Assembly (NCBI GenBank): GCA_008632985.1
Contig: QPGO01000245.1
Span: 62,001-97,790 of the forward strand
Reading direction: 5' to 3'
Length of the DNA stretch: 35,790 nt
DNA from: Psammoneis japonica
Lineage: Eukaryota
A model generated the notes under the pieces. That model saw only the letters and a program-made list of their open reading frames with translations, searched no databases and was not told where the DNA came from. Of the stretch, positions 1 through 12,486 are shown one piece after another (the first letter of the stretch is position 1; the number at the start of each line of letters is the position of its first letter). Position numbers and translations under genes: made by a program.

Positions 1-1102
1 ACAGGTTGGGATGTTTGTGATTGGCTTTCCGAGACGAGCAATGCGACGACTCGATGGTTGACTTTAAGCTAGCAAGGGCAGGAATGAACTGGATGAAATA
101 ATGGGTCTCACAAAGAGAAGGCCCTACAAGGACATTCAAAGGGACTGCACTGGATCGATTGTTGGGTCTTCAATGCTAATGGGATGATGATTCAAACAAT
201 GATTCCCGTCACTCTGTGCAGCGCGCCCCGTTGCGGATGAATCTTCGTTCGTTGTCAGCGGCGCTAGTCGGCAAGCGCTTTCGTTCAAGGAGCAACTATA
301 TTTGTTCTCGCAAGACCCCCATACGCATAAGTTTAAAATAAAATGCACGCCAGTGACACTGTGTGACAATGTCGATTCCCGCATCGAACCTCAAATAATA
401 TAAGGAGTAGAGTGGGGTTTATTTGGGAAGACACGTAACGTGATTGCAGGTATCAAGAATTGTTACACACGTTGCACTCCCGGTGAAGGTATTACGATTG
501 TTTGGCCACAATTTCAAACGGCGCTCTACGTGCCGTGACGGAAATTACTCATATTGCTCAAACGGTCCACCAACATCAACATTTGTGTTGACAGCATGAG
601 CGGCGTTCTTCTTGTTTGCGATGGGTATCCACACCATTGGATCAAGTAATTTTTCCTTGAGCTGCCGCATCATTCTACACCTGCGCGAGAGAATAGACTA
701 GCGTTTAAACCCTCCCTTTCTATGTGTCTTGATCATACAGATGGACACTAATCGAGGTATTTTCAGTAGCATCACTCATTTCTTGAAAAATTACCAGGGT
801 ACAGTACTCTCTAACTTGAATATAGTTCTCAACACTTGCTACCGGTATACCGTGCTTTCCGACTAGCTCAACTAGGGATGTTTCACGATAAATCTTGTCC
901 TATACATTTCCGCTCTAGACTAACTAATAAGATGTATCCCCAAAACGCTAATAAATTAACTAATCAAGATTCTAATATGCCAGTTGCATTCTCTCCCACC
1001 TAGTATCTAACAAGTTGGCGGGTTGAGCTTTGCAAAAAGCCAAAAAAAGGATTCAATCCGCTCGAGCACATGGTCTACTCTTTTCCGCATCTCCAATACC
1101 CA

Positions 1103-1978
1103 TTAGAGACCAGCAGCCTGTCTCTCTTGATAGAATTTTGACATGTCAATTACCCTAGTTCCACCAATCTCCACCGGCACGTCGTGTTTGCCGAGCTCAT
1201 ATAGCTGCAGTTGTCGCAGGAGATGTTCGGGAGTGCCAGTATGGAGCAAGACGCGCTTCTCAAGGCGTTTTCCGAGCAGCATGGTGACGAGCGGCCACAA
1301 GTACTTGACCCACTTGGGCGGATGAACGACATGATAGGCTGAGAGACGAAGGGGAATGGCTCCTTTTAAGGAGCCCGCCAGGCGGAGAAACTTGGGGTCA
1401 TGTTGCTTGCTGAGATTGACCTTGGCAGGATAATTCAGCACAATCATGCCTTTTTTCTGCGTTTGTGGATTTTCAAGAGCAAAATGGGCGAGGTAAAAAA
1501 TGACTCGCAGATAGCTCTCCCGTGTGGTGTCTTGGAGTGAATACTTGTGTAGTTGCTCAAACGCAATGATCCGTCCGTTGCTACCTTGAAAGATATTGAA
1601 CAGACCACTTTCTCGAGCAATTCGATCATCGTCGCTGTCGAGCGTCTCGACTGTCAATGGTTGAAACGCCTTGTCTGGTCCAAACAGTTTGACGCGCACC
1701 TCCCAGTACTTGGCATAGCGAATCGCCGCCAAGGGTGCATTGAATACGTCAGCTCGTAAAAAGATGAGTTTGAACTCCTCCGTCAAGAGTTCTGGACAGC
1801 GTTGCTGAGCTTGCAACAACATCTTTCCGCCATGCTGCAGGCCGTTCGCCGCCGAAACTAGCTTGGCGACTTTTTCGTCAAACTCAGTCAATTTTCTTGC
1901 AATCAGCTGCGGTGTTTCGATCGGGTGTTTCTGACCGTATCGATCCGGAGCCTCGAAAGCGACGTCTTTTGTGACCAT
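1103..1978 (-). CDS. CRAL-TRIO (Sec14/alpha-tocopherol transfer protein-like) lipid-binding protein
   Basis: Intact 291-aa ORF. FLRADVFNAPLAAIRYAKYWEVRVKLFG resembles the CRAL-TRIO N region; QKKGMIVL...GAIPLRLSAYHVVHPP...VPVEIGG matches the CRAL-TRIO core and end. Confidence 0.85.
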   Translation of the reverse strand: MVTKDVAFEAPDRYGQKHPIETPQLIARKLTEFDEKVAKLVSAANGLQHGGKMLLQAQQRCPELLTEEFKLIFLRADVFNAPLAAIRYAKYWEVRVKLFGPDKAFQPLTVETLDSDDDRIARESGLFNIFQGSNGRIIAFEQLHKYSLQDTTRESYLRVIFYLAHFALENPQTQKKGMIVLNYPAKVNLSKQHDPKFLRLAGSLKGAIPLRLSAYHVVHPPKWVKYLWPLVTMLLGKRLEKRVLLHTGTPEHLLRQLQLYELGKHDVPVEIGGTRVIDMSKFYQERQAAGL

Positions 1979-2602
1979 GTTGCTGTTACGACCGCGGTCC
2001 GGGGACGGCAGCAGTTGGACGAAAAACCAAAAAAATTGCGCAGTCTGGAGGGCAGGTTCTTGAGCTGACGGCGTGTGGGTAGTTTTGAGAATGACGATGG
2101 AGGACCTTATTAGCAGACTAGAAAACGCTTGTGAGTTCCATCCACGGCGTCGTCAACGCCAGAGGCACTAAATGAGGAAGAAAGGCTAGAGAGGAGGACC
2201 ATACGGTAGAATAAGCGGTGGATGCATGTTGATGACATTGAAGATATCATGTGATGATACTGTAATGTTGGATGTTGGTGCCTCTCTCATGTCCCGCCAA
2301 AAAAGGAAATCGATAGAATCCTATTCATAATTGTATAAGATGAATGCTTAATATCAATTTTTTATTCTTCTATTAAATTTTGAATAATTCATTGACAAAA
2401 TAACCCTTCATTCACTAAGGAAACATTCTTTCGGCGAGAAATTGACGTGTTTCCGTTCACATTGTTTTTATTGTTTTGCGGACGAATGCCCTTCATGGGC
2501 GAGACGCGACCCTACTGTTACAGTATACCCACTGCATTACAGTACATGTAACATCGAGGAAGAGCATACAGGAGCCCTACTACTTACTCTGTCGCAAAAT
2601 AG

Positions 2603-3619
2603 ATGAACGCCAGAGGACCAGTATTGAGAATGCCGAGTCACTCGTTCTGGGGTGTCTTTGCTCGCACGTTCCTGTCCTTGTTGTTGCTCCTTGAGGTTGC
2701 AACAGCATCATCACGAGTTGCTCTCGCGAGAACTAGCGGTGCTTTCTTAACCGACGCGCATGGTGATGCCGGAGGAGTGTTTTGGAGAAAAAAGGATTCG
2801 AGCAGTGGCAGAGCCTTTCGTGAAACGCCACAATTGATTGCGAGGAAACTACGAGATTTCGACCGGCTCGTCTTGGACCTGCCCGAACACAAGAAAACAC
2901 ATGTTCAGACCGCCAGTCGCCATCCTAGCATCACGAGCAGACAAGTTAAACTCGCCTTTTTGCGGTGCGAAGACTTTGATACTGCAAAGGCCGTCCGTCG
3001 GTATTGCTCCTACTGGAAGAAACGAGTCGAAATCTTTGGAGAGAAACGCGCCTTTCAGCCACTGACAATACACAACATGCGAGAAGACGAAGCGGCGTTG
3101 CAACAGGGGGTTGTATCCGTCATTGAACGACGCGGGGCCAAAAGCAATTACTTGTACCTACGTGGCTCCAAAGCAGACAAGTCCAAGTACAACAGCATGA
3201 ATCTTGTGCGGTCGATCTGGTACGCGGCACACGCGCTCATTGAAGATGAACAAGTGCAGAAACAAGGGTTGATCATTGTCGATTACGCAGAGGGGACCAA
3301 ACTATCCGAAGTTGATCTGAATGTGGGAAAACTCATGAAACAATCTATTAATGAATGTTTGCCTCTCCGAGTCGTGGCACATCACTGGTGTAATCCACCG
3401 TCGTGGGTCAACTCCATGCAACCAATGGTGCGTGCCTTTACGGGAGAGCGAATGCGAAATCGACTGCACATCATGCACACGGGAACGCCCAACCAAGTGA
3501 GTAACACACTGCAGCGCAAGTATGGTTTTCGGAAAGAGGAACTGCCTCCCGAAGTCGGTGGATCCTATCCACTGGATGTACGTGCATGGTTGACGAGACG
3601 ACTCTATGCCGGAAAATAG
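2603..3619 (+). CDS. CRAL-TRIO protein, paralogue of 1103-1978, with possible N-terminal signal peptide
   Basis: Intact 338-aa ORF sharing ETPQLIARKL with the neighbour, plus FLRCEDFD...YWKKRVEIFG, QKQGLII, LPLRVVAHHWCNPP and LPPEVGG. Hydrophobic FLSLLLLLEVATA near the N-terminus. The start could be the second Met (2630). Confidence 0.85.
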   Translation: MNARGPVLRMPSHSFWGVFARTFLSLLLLLEVATASSRVALARTSGAFLTDAHGDAGGVFWRKKDSSSGRAFRETPQLIARKLRDFDRLVLDLPEHKKTHVQTASRHPSITSRQVKLAFLRCEDFDTAKAVRRYCSYWKKRVEIFGEKRAFQPLTIHNMREDEAALQQGVVSVIERRGAKSNYLYLRGSKADKSKYNSMNLVRSIWYAAHALIEDEQVQKQGLIIVDYAEGTKLSEVDLNVGKLMKQSINECLPLRVVAHHWCNPPSWVNSMQPMVRAFTGERMRNRLHIMHTGTPNQVSNTLQRKYGFRKEELPPEVGGSYPLDVRAWLTRRLYAGK

Positions 3620-4192
3620 AAGTTGTGAGTTAACTTTGCGGGAGAAATACCATTCTCGTAGACCTGAGATGTAAATAAAGTTAGAGACTGGTAGGAAGCC
3701 TTTGAGGCTTTCTGCTTTTATTAGAGTTAGTAGTATTTAATACTAGCTACTTAGCACTCTATTTAATTTCGCCGAATAGATCGTGACAGATCGAGCGGCT
3801 GTTATTAATACGAAGTGGCAGTAATGATGGCGAGAGTAACGCCGTAGCCTCTGCCGAAACAGTTTAGAAACAGCATTTACGTAATTTGTGAAATCAAGGT
3901 GCGGTCTACATGGAACAGTGAGCTCTCTCTCTAGCTAGAGAAGGAGGAAACAAATTTGTCACGTTGAAAGGCCATCTATCTTAGTACCGCGATTTATCTA
4001 CCACTAACTTGGTCTGTTTTGCGCTTTGATCGAATCAAGATATGAAAATGTATCACTTGTGATTTTAAAACCGGCTTGTTTGCGTGTGTGAGATATATAA
4101 AGGACACTTCGACATCATGAATACAACACATATCTTTTGGGGCTGCGAGAAGTGGTCTAAGTTTGCTTGGTTTTCATTCTCTCTCAATTTCA

Positions 4193-5522
4193 TCAGCCCA
4201 TTATCATATCCACCAATGTTTCATCATGTGCAAACTCATCATTCATTGGCAGACTGGGGATGTCGCCTCCTCCAGACATGAACATGTTGTCTGAGACTGG
4301 TTGTTTGCGATGCTCGCAAAAGTCAGAATCAATGTAGTAAAATTGCTTGCCTTCAAAGTACATTTGATCACAATCCTGTTCCTCATCGTCCTCTCCAAAC
4401 GGTGGAGGCGGAGGACAGTGAGGATCATTGAGAATCCAGTTACTCGGAACCAATCCCTCTCCCGAGAACGTCGCTTCGGGACTCATGGAAGGCGTGACGG
4501 GTACAGGAGGGCCCGATGGTACTTGGTCAGAATCGTTGAGCATCCAGTCACTCGGCACCATCTCCTCGCCCGTAAGCGCCACCTCGGGACTCAAGGACGG
4601 AGTGACGGGTACTGGAGGGGCAGATGATACCACTTGGTCTGGAGTAGCTTCAGGCCTAATATTCTGCGGGGCCTTGGTGATACCCGGAAGAAAACTATCA
4701 TCGTTTGAAGAACAAGTCACGATACCGGATTCATCAGGCCAGACAACATGCGCGATGTTCTCTTTCTTAACCTCGTTGCTATTCTTGCGGGGCGTGGGAG
4801 TTTTCTTCTTGTTCGTGAACCGATCCCTGGTCTTGCCTCTTCTGGGCGGAGCGTTGTCGTTGGTCTTGTCCTTGTTTGAAGCAAAGGGCGATTCTGGTAG
4901 AGGAGGCATGTAGTAGAAGTTCGGCTCGGTGTCTGGAGAAGACGCCGCCTTGAATCCGGTCCCCTTGACACGAGTACGAGACATTTTCTTGCACAAAAAA
5001 TCTTTTCCACGAAGAAACAGGCAATGGTAATAAGCGCCACGGTCCGGTCCCGATGTGAGTCGATTAAATCCGTACTGTAAAGATTGAGAGAGAGCCGGAG
5101 CAGTGAGATAGGCATATAGTGGTGATAAAGCTGAAAAGCATTGGATAGCGACCCTGACTCACTAAATTAAGTTGTCTTTGAAAGCTGGTGAGCTTCGATT
5201 GCTTGAAGTACTTCGGCATCACTTTCGACACAAACTCCTTGGGCTTATGAAGCAAAAAGCATCGCCCGTGTGGCTGCCATGAAACAATGTGTGAGTGCCC
5301 GTCCTCACGGTCTGCTTCTTCCAACATTTTGTGTAGTTTGATTGGAAATGGAACCGCGACGCCACCACGTGGACCGCGTCTCTTTTTCTTCTTTACCGCA
5401 CGTACTTCATCATCTGACGACCCCGTGTCATCAGATACGATATCTAAATTCTGATCCAACGCATGATCGTGGTAACTGTGGTTCACAACCTGCCGCTTGG
5501 ACGAGCTTCTATCCAGAATCAT
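4193..5522 (-). CDS. Heat shock transcription factor (HSF-type DNA-binding domain), 2 exons: 5522-5163 and 5074-4193
   Basis: Exon 1 encodes HSYHDHA...RGGVAVPFPIKLHKML...IVSWQPHGRCF...YFKQSKLTSFQRQLNL. After a GT-AG intron the frame continues YGFNRLTSGPDRGAYYHCLFLRG and joins ORF 4193-4996 in frame. Start codon inferred. Confidence 0.9.
5075..5162 (-). other. Spliceosomal intron (88 bp) in the HSF gene
   Basis: Minus strand tta|GTGAGT...ctttaCAG|tac. Removing it restores the conserved RQLNL-YGF motif. Confidence 0.9.
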
Positions 5523-5965
5523 GATGAAAAGGAACAAGAGCGAGCGCTCGTGTTACATGAATAACAACATGTGCAATGGCGAATAATGCGCTCCGTCTTA
5601 TCACTACACAACACAAGACAAAGAACACAAAATCGGGGTTCGCAAAACAAACCTGATCTTGGATTTCAAAATCGTGTAGGATGCAGTACAATCCTACGTT
5701 GGTGCAAATTCATGGAGGAGAGGCGCTGTCAACACTCCGCCCATCAACATAGATCATTGAGATTTCCTCAGCATCAAAGATTTGCATTGAAATACGAGTG
5801 ACATGGTGATAGGAATCATAAGTAAAGCTAACCAATCAAGTTCCATTACGACAAGTTACTTAGGGGAAACACATTCTGCAGAATTCGGATTTCGTTCTTT
5901 TGTGATGAGAGGGAGGAGAAACAATTGTGGAATTTGAACATTATCTACAATGCTTTTAATGTTTA

Positions 5966-8900
5966 ACATTGTCGATTCGACGTCACAGGGAACAGCAAGG
6001 AACCGTCAACGGGGTTCGCCACTGGACGCGTCATGCTCTTGCTGATGGGCATTCACGAATGCCACGATCCAAAACAGGAGTTTCTCCGTGAAAATCGGGG
6101 TCTTGTTGCCCTCCTGCCTCGACGCGACGACAAGGAGATCGTTGTTGCCAATCATCCCTGGATTTTGTTGGTGTCACACACAGGCAGTTTTCACATGACA
6201 GCAGCAGGAGGAAAACAGATTTAGAGATTTAGCTGGAAGGTGCTGGTTGTTCTGTGCTGTGTGGCACAGCTGCTCCAACCAGCCAGCCTGCCCACATGCC
6301 CCGCTTGCTGCTTGTGTCTGGCTCGCTCTGCTGCCACATGAGCAAGCTGCTCATGTGTGCTTTCCAGACAACAACGGGCAACCTGGGTGCACAAAACACA
6401 CAGTCAGCTGTGCCAAAACAAAGTGCAGCTGGCAGGGGTTTGATGTGCAGTGGGTCAGCTGTGGCTTTGCACATCTTCTCCTCCTCTCTTTTTAGAAAAA
6501 GAGTGGGTGGGGCATGAGACAGTGCAGCTTCTGTGGCAAGAACTGGTGGATGGCCCAGGCAGCCAAAAAAGAGCAAGCTTTTGTGGGGGGTCCACAATTG
6601 TGTGTGCCAAAAGCCGTTGCCAAAAACTCATGGCCCAACCAAGCCACACACCAACAAGCAAAAACAGCAGAGAGAGAAAGAGAGAGAGAAAAAGAAAGAG
6701 AGAAGCCAACCCTGCTGAGAAGGAGTTCCTGGTGGATGGTCAGGGCACATGCCAAAAGTGGCAGACTTGCCTGGCAACTTGTGCGGCACAGCTCTCCTGT
6801 GGTGCACACATGAAGACATCTCAGCTGAGGAACCTCCTCTGAATGCTGAAATGTTCCCCACTGCACCAGCTCTCTGGCCAGTCTCTCACAAGATCAGAGC
6901 ACCTCAAGCCCTGCAAAGTTGGAAGCTTCCGAGGCCAAATCAACTTGAAACATTTGTTCTGACAGCTTGTCTCTGCAAGAGCAAAGGCTTGATTCCTGAA
7001 AGTGCGCACTTGCTGGGGGTGTTGAAGGAGCAAAGCTTCTTTGCTTGCCTGCCTGCTGAAAGTCTGTCTCTGGACACTTTGCTTGTGCAACACCATCCAC
7101 TGCCTCCATCTGGGTTGCATGCTCATCTGTGTGCTTCCAGATGGCTGGGGCACAAGTCTTGTTCTTCTTGTCAAAGAACAGCTTGCAGGCGCCAGATGGC
7201 TGAAGTGACCCCTGTGGGTGGGGCAGCCATGGCTGCCAGATCACCTGGGGCAGTGCCCACATCTTTGGAAACAGTGCAGTGGCTGCCAGGTGCAAACTTT
7301 CTTGCTGTTGACTCCAGTTTGCAGAGAAGCTGAACCTCTCATCCCTCATCTCTGCTGGGAAGTCTGTGGCGCAGTTGTTCTTTGGAGCTCCCAGATTGTT
7401 TTGGCCCAAGGAACCTCCTCTGTGGTGGTTGGAAAGCAGGCCCCCCAGAGCTCATCCATTTTCACCAAAGTTTGGAAGTCAAAAGGCTTGTGCTTCAAGA
7501 AGCAGAACAGGAAATGAGCAGTTGGTTTGACCAGCCAGAGAAAAAACAACTTGGTGGGCACAGGGTGGCAGTCCATTGGGAACAAGGGTTCATCACTTGC
7601 TGAAGCTGATGAAGAGCACGGTTGCTCAGGCTGTCCTCCTCTCCATTGCCAGGGTGCACACAGGCAACAAGGAGGGTGCTGAATGCCATCACAGAAGAGC
7701 AGGTTCTCCCAGATGAGCAAGGAAACTTTGATGGCACCAGGCGAGCAAAGAACAAATCTTTGGATTCCACAGCCACCACATCCTTTCACAGCTCTTGCTT
7801 GTCATGCATGCCTGCCAGGGAACATGGGTGACCAACAAAAAATTTGCACCCAAGCACTTCATGTCTCTGGTTCTTGGTTGCATGATTTGCAGAGCAGGGG
7901 TCCACAGTGTGTCTGCTGCTGGAAATGGGATGGTGTGGTTGATGTCTTGTGTCCACTCCTGGAGGCCTGCACAGGGCCCCTGTTTTCATGGGCGCAAAAT
8001 GCTGAGTTGTTGATGGAGCACATGGGTTCAGACTGGCGCAACCCTGGCTGCACAGAATCTGAATGCAAGCAAGTTGCTGATCACAACAAGAGCACAAAAC
8101 AAGACTGCTCTTTGGCTGCCACAGCCATCTGCAACATGTTTTCATGCCCAACCAGAGGGTCAACTGACAAAAAGCAAAATTTTTACACCTGTGGCTGCAC
8201 TCTCCACAGAAGCCACAATTGCTCAAAAAATCAACCAAGGTGTTCACTGCAATTGTTCCTCTGAAAAATGCACCCAGATTGACAGTCAACCATTGATTTG
8301 CAATGTTGTGATTTGTGGCCAGCATCTTGCTCAGAGTTGGCTCATTTGCTTGGAATGGCTTTGCAGCTCAATTGCCCATTGCATGTTTTTCTTTGGTGTT
8401 TCTGCTGCATCAATTGTCTCTTCATTGCACAGGGCAACACACAACAACTTAGCCTTCAGCCAGTCTGTTGTTTGCATGACATGGCACACCCCTGACACAA
8501 TCCATTGTGTCCTCCTTGTTGCATGTGAGACAACAGCAAAAAGACTCTCCTTTCAAAATGAGCTGCTCATTGAACCAACCCCTTTTGACAAACAATGCAG
8601 TTGCAAACTTGAGTCCTCTCCTTGCCTCTGTCCAGTGTCAATTTTTGCTCCAGAGCTTGACTCACAAAACATCAAGCAGCCCCCACAATGGCCATGTCAT
8701 CATTTGCCCAATGTCATCACCCATGCTTCCTGTTGCCACAAATGATCACAACCAACTCAACCCTCATTGTCACATTGCAGTTTGACAAATTCCAACATCA
8801 GCCCTGTTTGCAGCAGCATGGGTCAATCTGTGCTTCATTCAAGCCCCACTTTGAAGCTCTTCTTGGTTGACAAAAAGTGCGGTTCAAACATTTTTTGGGT

Positions 8901-11096
8901 TGCCAAGTCATTGGGGCACCATCATAGCTTCACTTTGCTCGTTGCACTCAGCCCCAGCTGCAGTGTGTTGAGGATTTCTGCCGGTGAGCACCAAGTTGTG
9001 TCTGCTGTCTGCGCAGCTCTTCCTTGTTGCTCTGTGAATGCAACAGCTTTGTCTCTTGCAAAAAACTGCAGAGGGTCACTTGGATGCCATGCTTGCTGAA
9101 GAGCCGGTGGCAATTTGCTTGTTGGAGAGAAAATTGGGTGCTCTGCATGCACCTGACTCTAGGACCTGGGCTGCATGACCAGAAGTTGCAACCAAGTCTT
9201 TGGTGACAGAAAACTCATTTGCTGTTGAGACTTTGTGCAAAGGTCAGTGCAGATGATTAACTCCACATTGCAGCAACTGTGTGGTTGCCAAGAACAGCCA
9301 TGCAGACTTGCTCAACAGCTCACGGCAGGAAAGCTTGACAAGGCTGCAAGCCACCAAAAAATTGTGTGGCGTGCAATTGGCCAAGCTCAGTCTGTTTCCA
9401 ACAAAGAGAGACTTGTTTCAAAATGCCAACGCAAATTTCTCTGCATTCTCCTCAAGCCATTTTGCCACTGCAAAACAACTCCACATCTTTGGCATTCCCA
9501 GTGCATTGTGTGTTGAAGCTTTGCTCACACCCACCACTGCCACTCAGTGACCAAACCATTGGACAAGTCACTCTGGAGTTTGGAAATTCAAGTCTGCTGC
9601 TGTTGGGGACAAGGTGATGCACAGGGCCACAACCACAGCAACAAGATCAACCTTTCCATGCTCAGCCACAGCTCTCAAAGTCTTGCCTGGGATCTTCCAG
9701 ATGCCACCAGCATCCTCAACCTGTTTTGGGGGGTTGATTGGCACTGTCATGGGGTCCTTTCACTCTGGAGTTTGGAAACCCAAGTCTGCCACTGCTGTTG
9801 TGAACAAGGTGACATGGGGCCACAGTGCCACAACATCAGCCTTGCAGCGCCAACCAAAGTTCTCTCAAAGTCCCACCTGGGGCTCATTGTCCTCTGCTTG
9901 CAGTTGTTGTTGGGTTGGCTGGTGCCATCATGTGATCTTTGCACACTCTGGAGTTGGGAAAGTCAAGTGTGCTCTCACACCTGCTGTTGGGGACAAGGTG
10001 ACATGGGGCCACAGCACCACAAGATCAACCTTTCAATGCCCAGCCACAGCCCTTTGGGTGTTGTCTGGGATCTGCCCAACACCAGCACCAGCACCAGCAC
10101 CCTCAGTTTGCAGCTGTCATGTTTGTTGGCACCATCACAGGGTCTTGCAATGCCCAGCCATCACAGCTCTTAAAGTGTCACCTGGTGTCTGCCAGATGCT
10201 GCCAGTGTCCTCAGCTTGCAACTTGTGATGCAGCAAAACCGCTGGCTTCTGAAGCAGAGTGTTGTGCACTGTGGCTGCACAAATCTCAGCTGGAACATGG
10301 TCCACAAGTTCTCTTTTTTCTGGCACTGCCTCGCTGCATTTCTACAAACTTGACTTTTGAAATGGCCTCATCTTGCAAGACTGCCACAAAGGACAGTCCT
10401 GCCAGGCAACCCTGCAGAGTCAAGGCGATGCCCTCCCCCTCTGGCTTTGTGGCTGCCAGCAGAGGCTGACTGCCTCTTGTCAACTGATGCCCTGCACTGG
10501 GCAGCCCTGTCCAATGTCCACCTTGCTTGCATTGCAAAATTCATTCTTCTTCCAACTGGCAGACACAAGTGCAAGTTTTGTGCCACTGCCTCGTTGCTGT
10601 TGTCAATTGACTTGATGCCAAAGCCCACACATCTGCCTGTCCAGTGCCACCGACACTGTTGTCCTCGGAAGCAAATGCAAGCTTGTTCTTGCTGCCACCG
10701 AGAAACTCTGTTTTGTTCAAGTCATCATTCTCAAGTCTGGTGGCAGGAGCACCTGTTGGACAACCAGATGCCGATGCCACTAACACCTCATCAGCAGCAC
10801 ACAAAAACTGAAATTGACAGTCTTCACTTTTCTCACTCTCGCCAAATTATGATCTGCTTTTCTACTTCTTCTGGACTTCAATCTTGTCAAACCAATCTTA
10901 CCAAGTCAATCTTACCAAATTGATCTTGTCAAATCGCCGCCGCTTCTCAGCCATTCGATTCATCGATCTTGTTCCTCAAGATCGATTGCGGCATTCGTGG
11001 TCGGCTCCGATTTCTGTGGTCATCGGTGGCACGACCCTTCACTCGTGACCGGGACCCAATCACTTGAGTCCCGCTTGAGTCATGTTCCGCGACAAG
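5966..11096. other. TpA- and CpG-depleted, TG/CA-rich decayed repeat block 1
   Basis: TA is nearly absent throughout and CG is scarce in the core (~6150-10930). Contains the 190-bp unit array and Tyr-poor spurious ORFs on both strands. Confidence 0.85.
9569..10222 (+). repeat. Diverged tandem array of ~185-190-bp units (about 3.5 copies)
   Basis: cactctggagtt..gaaa..caagt...ctgctgttg.g.acaaggtga...gggccaca recurs at 9569, 9761 and 9944. The same family occurs at 31261-32160. Confidence 0.85.
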
Positions 11097-12486
11097 TACC
11101 TACTTGAATAATGGCTACAACAAGGTGGCGAAAGGAAAAGAACGCGTTGCATTCATCGATGATGAAATTCACATTGGAGACACGACGCTAAAGATTCAAG
11201 CACTTTGAGGTAAAAATCTACCTTTGATGATTCGGCGGCGACGGAAGGATCCGTTGGCGGTCAACTTAGATATGTAACGGAATGATACAGTAGTACGTTA
11301 TATAGTAGGCCATTTTTCTTTCATACTTATTATGCTTGGGTCATCATCCCACCACTTTGGTCAGCTGATGCCTTCAACGAAGAATCATGGGGCTAGGAGG
11401 AAAGCGCGAACCCTGAGAGACGCGTGCTGCTATTTACCTTGTCGTATAATTGTGCGTCACACCATGCGGTTGACATCGTTTGCTGACTACCAGAATTCAT
11501 CAGTGGTTGTAACGTACTGTACAGATGACGCAGTGTCTGTAACGAAAATGAAAGGGAGCGACGAAAACGGGGTGCTTACTATACGCTTGCATCATGCTTT
11601 AGGTTTTCTTCCACCTTGAGGCTCTCCTTGAAGATCGGTTGCAATCCACTTCTCAGCGGCCTCGATGTTGGCCTTGCTGTGGGAGTTGCATTCTTCCACA
11701 AAACGACCTTTATCTCAGAGCTGTCCGTTCTGGACTTAGCTGCCACACGGAGGAAATCTGGGGTGAAAGGAGTAGACATCATGCTCCGACACGTCCATTG
11801 TCAGTGATGTCACGGTCCGTAATATGTTGCAGTAGGAGTCCCTCTCCATCAATTTCAATGCCCGTGGGAAACAACAGGAGGCTGTAGGCACCAATCAGTT
11901 TCCCATCGTCCACCGAGTTCTAAAGAAACGTATCCGTGGCTTTTTTCTCTACAGTATAGTCGGACGAGAGCGCATGTGCAAGCTTTCGAGGGCACCCGGG
12001 AGCCTTTTTCAAGAGCGACTTGGTGAGATACCGAGTGGGTTGAACTACCTGAATCGATTCTGAACAAAGATCCAGCATGACAGCGCCTGCATGTCCCCCT
12101 GTACCTTAAGAACGGTCCAATCTTGAAATCAACACGTCTCATAGCTAGGTGCAGTGCAACAGCATCGGGGTAGACGGCGACGCCGTGGTTCAATGACAAA
12201 CCCAAGACGCGGTGTCTGCCGCGATTTCCATAAAAAGAGAACAAGTGTCAGCTTTCGTCCACAGCATCTCACAATGATGCCAAGTTACCTCGTTCTTTAA
12301 ACTCAAGACACAGTGTCAGAGAAAGAGCAAGCACAGCAACACGACAAAGAAGAGTGCTGAACTTCGTGGGACGACATTGTTTTTGCGCCAACCCACACGG
12401 TCTAAAACAAGGTCATGAAGCGAGTCTTGCGTCAGGACGAGACGAGACAATGCCTTTCGAGAGAAGAACCTACTGAAGATACGAAA

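Noticed and set aside
136..384. 82-aa minus-strand ORF at the window start
   Set aside because: Short, with no domain similarity I can recognise.
6229..10923. Dense overlapping ORFs rich in Cys/His/Gln/Trp (also 20500-23000 and 26550-35270)
   Set aside because: Explained by loss of TAA/TAG stops and TG/CA enrichment. They occur in all six frames, almost lack Tyr and show no recognisable domains.
5970..11094. TGTCG...CGACA ends of block 1 suggesting one LTR or TIR element
   Set aside because: Only 5-6 bp of inverted match, no target-site duplication (aacat vs agtac), and no paired LTRs, PBS or RT motifs seen.
11332..12244. Short ORFs on both strands between block 1 and the 180-bp repeat
   Set aside because: No recognisable domain and no consistent frame or splice model. 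Could be a degraded gene, but unsupported.
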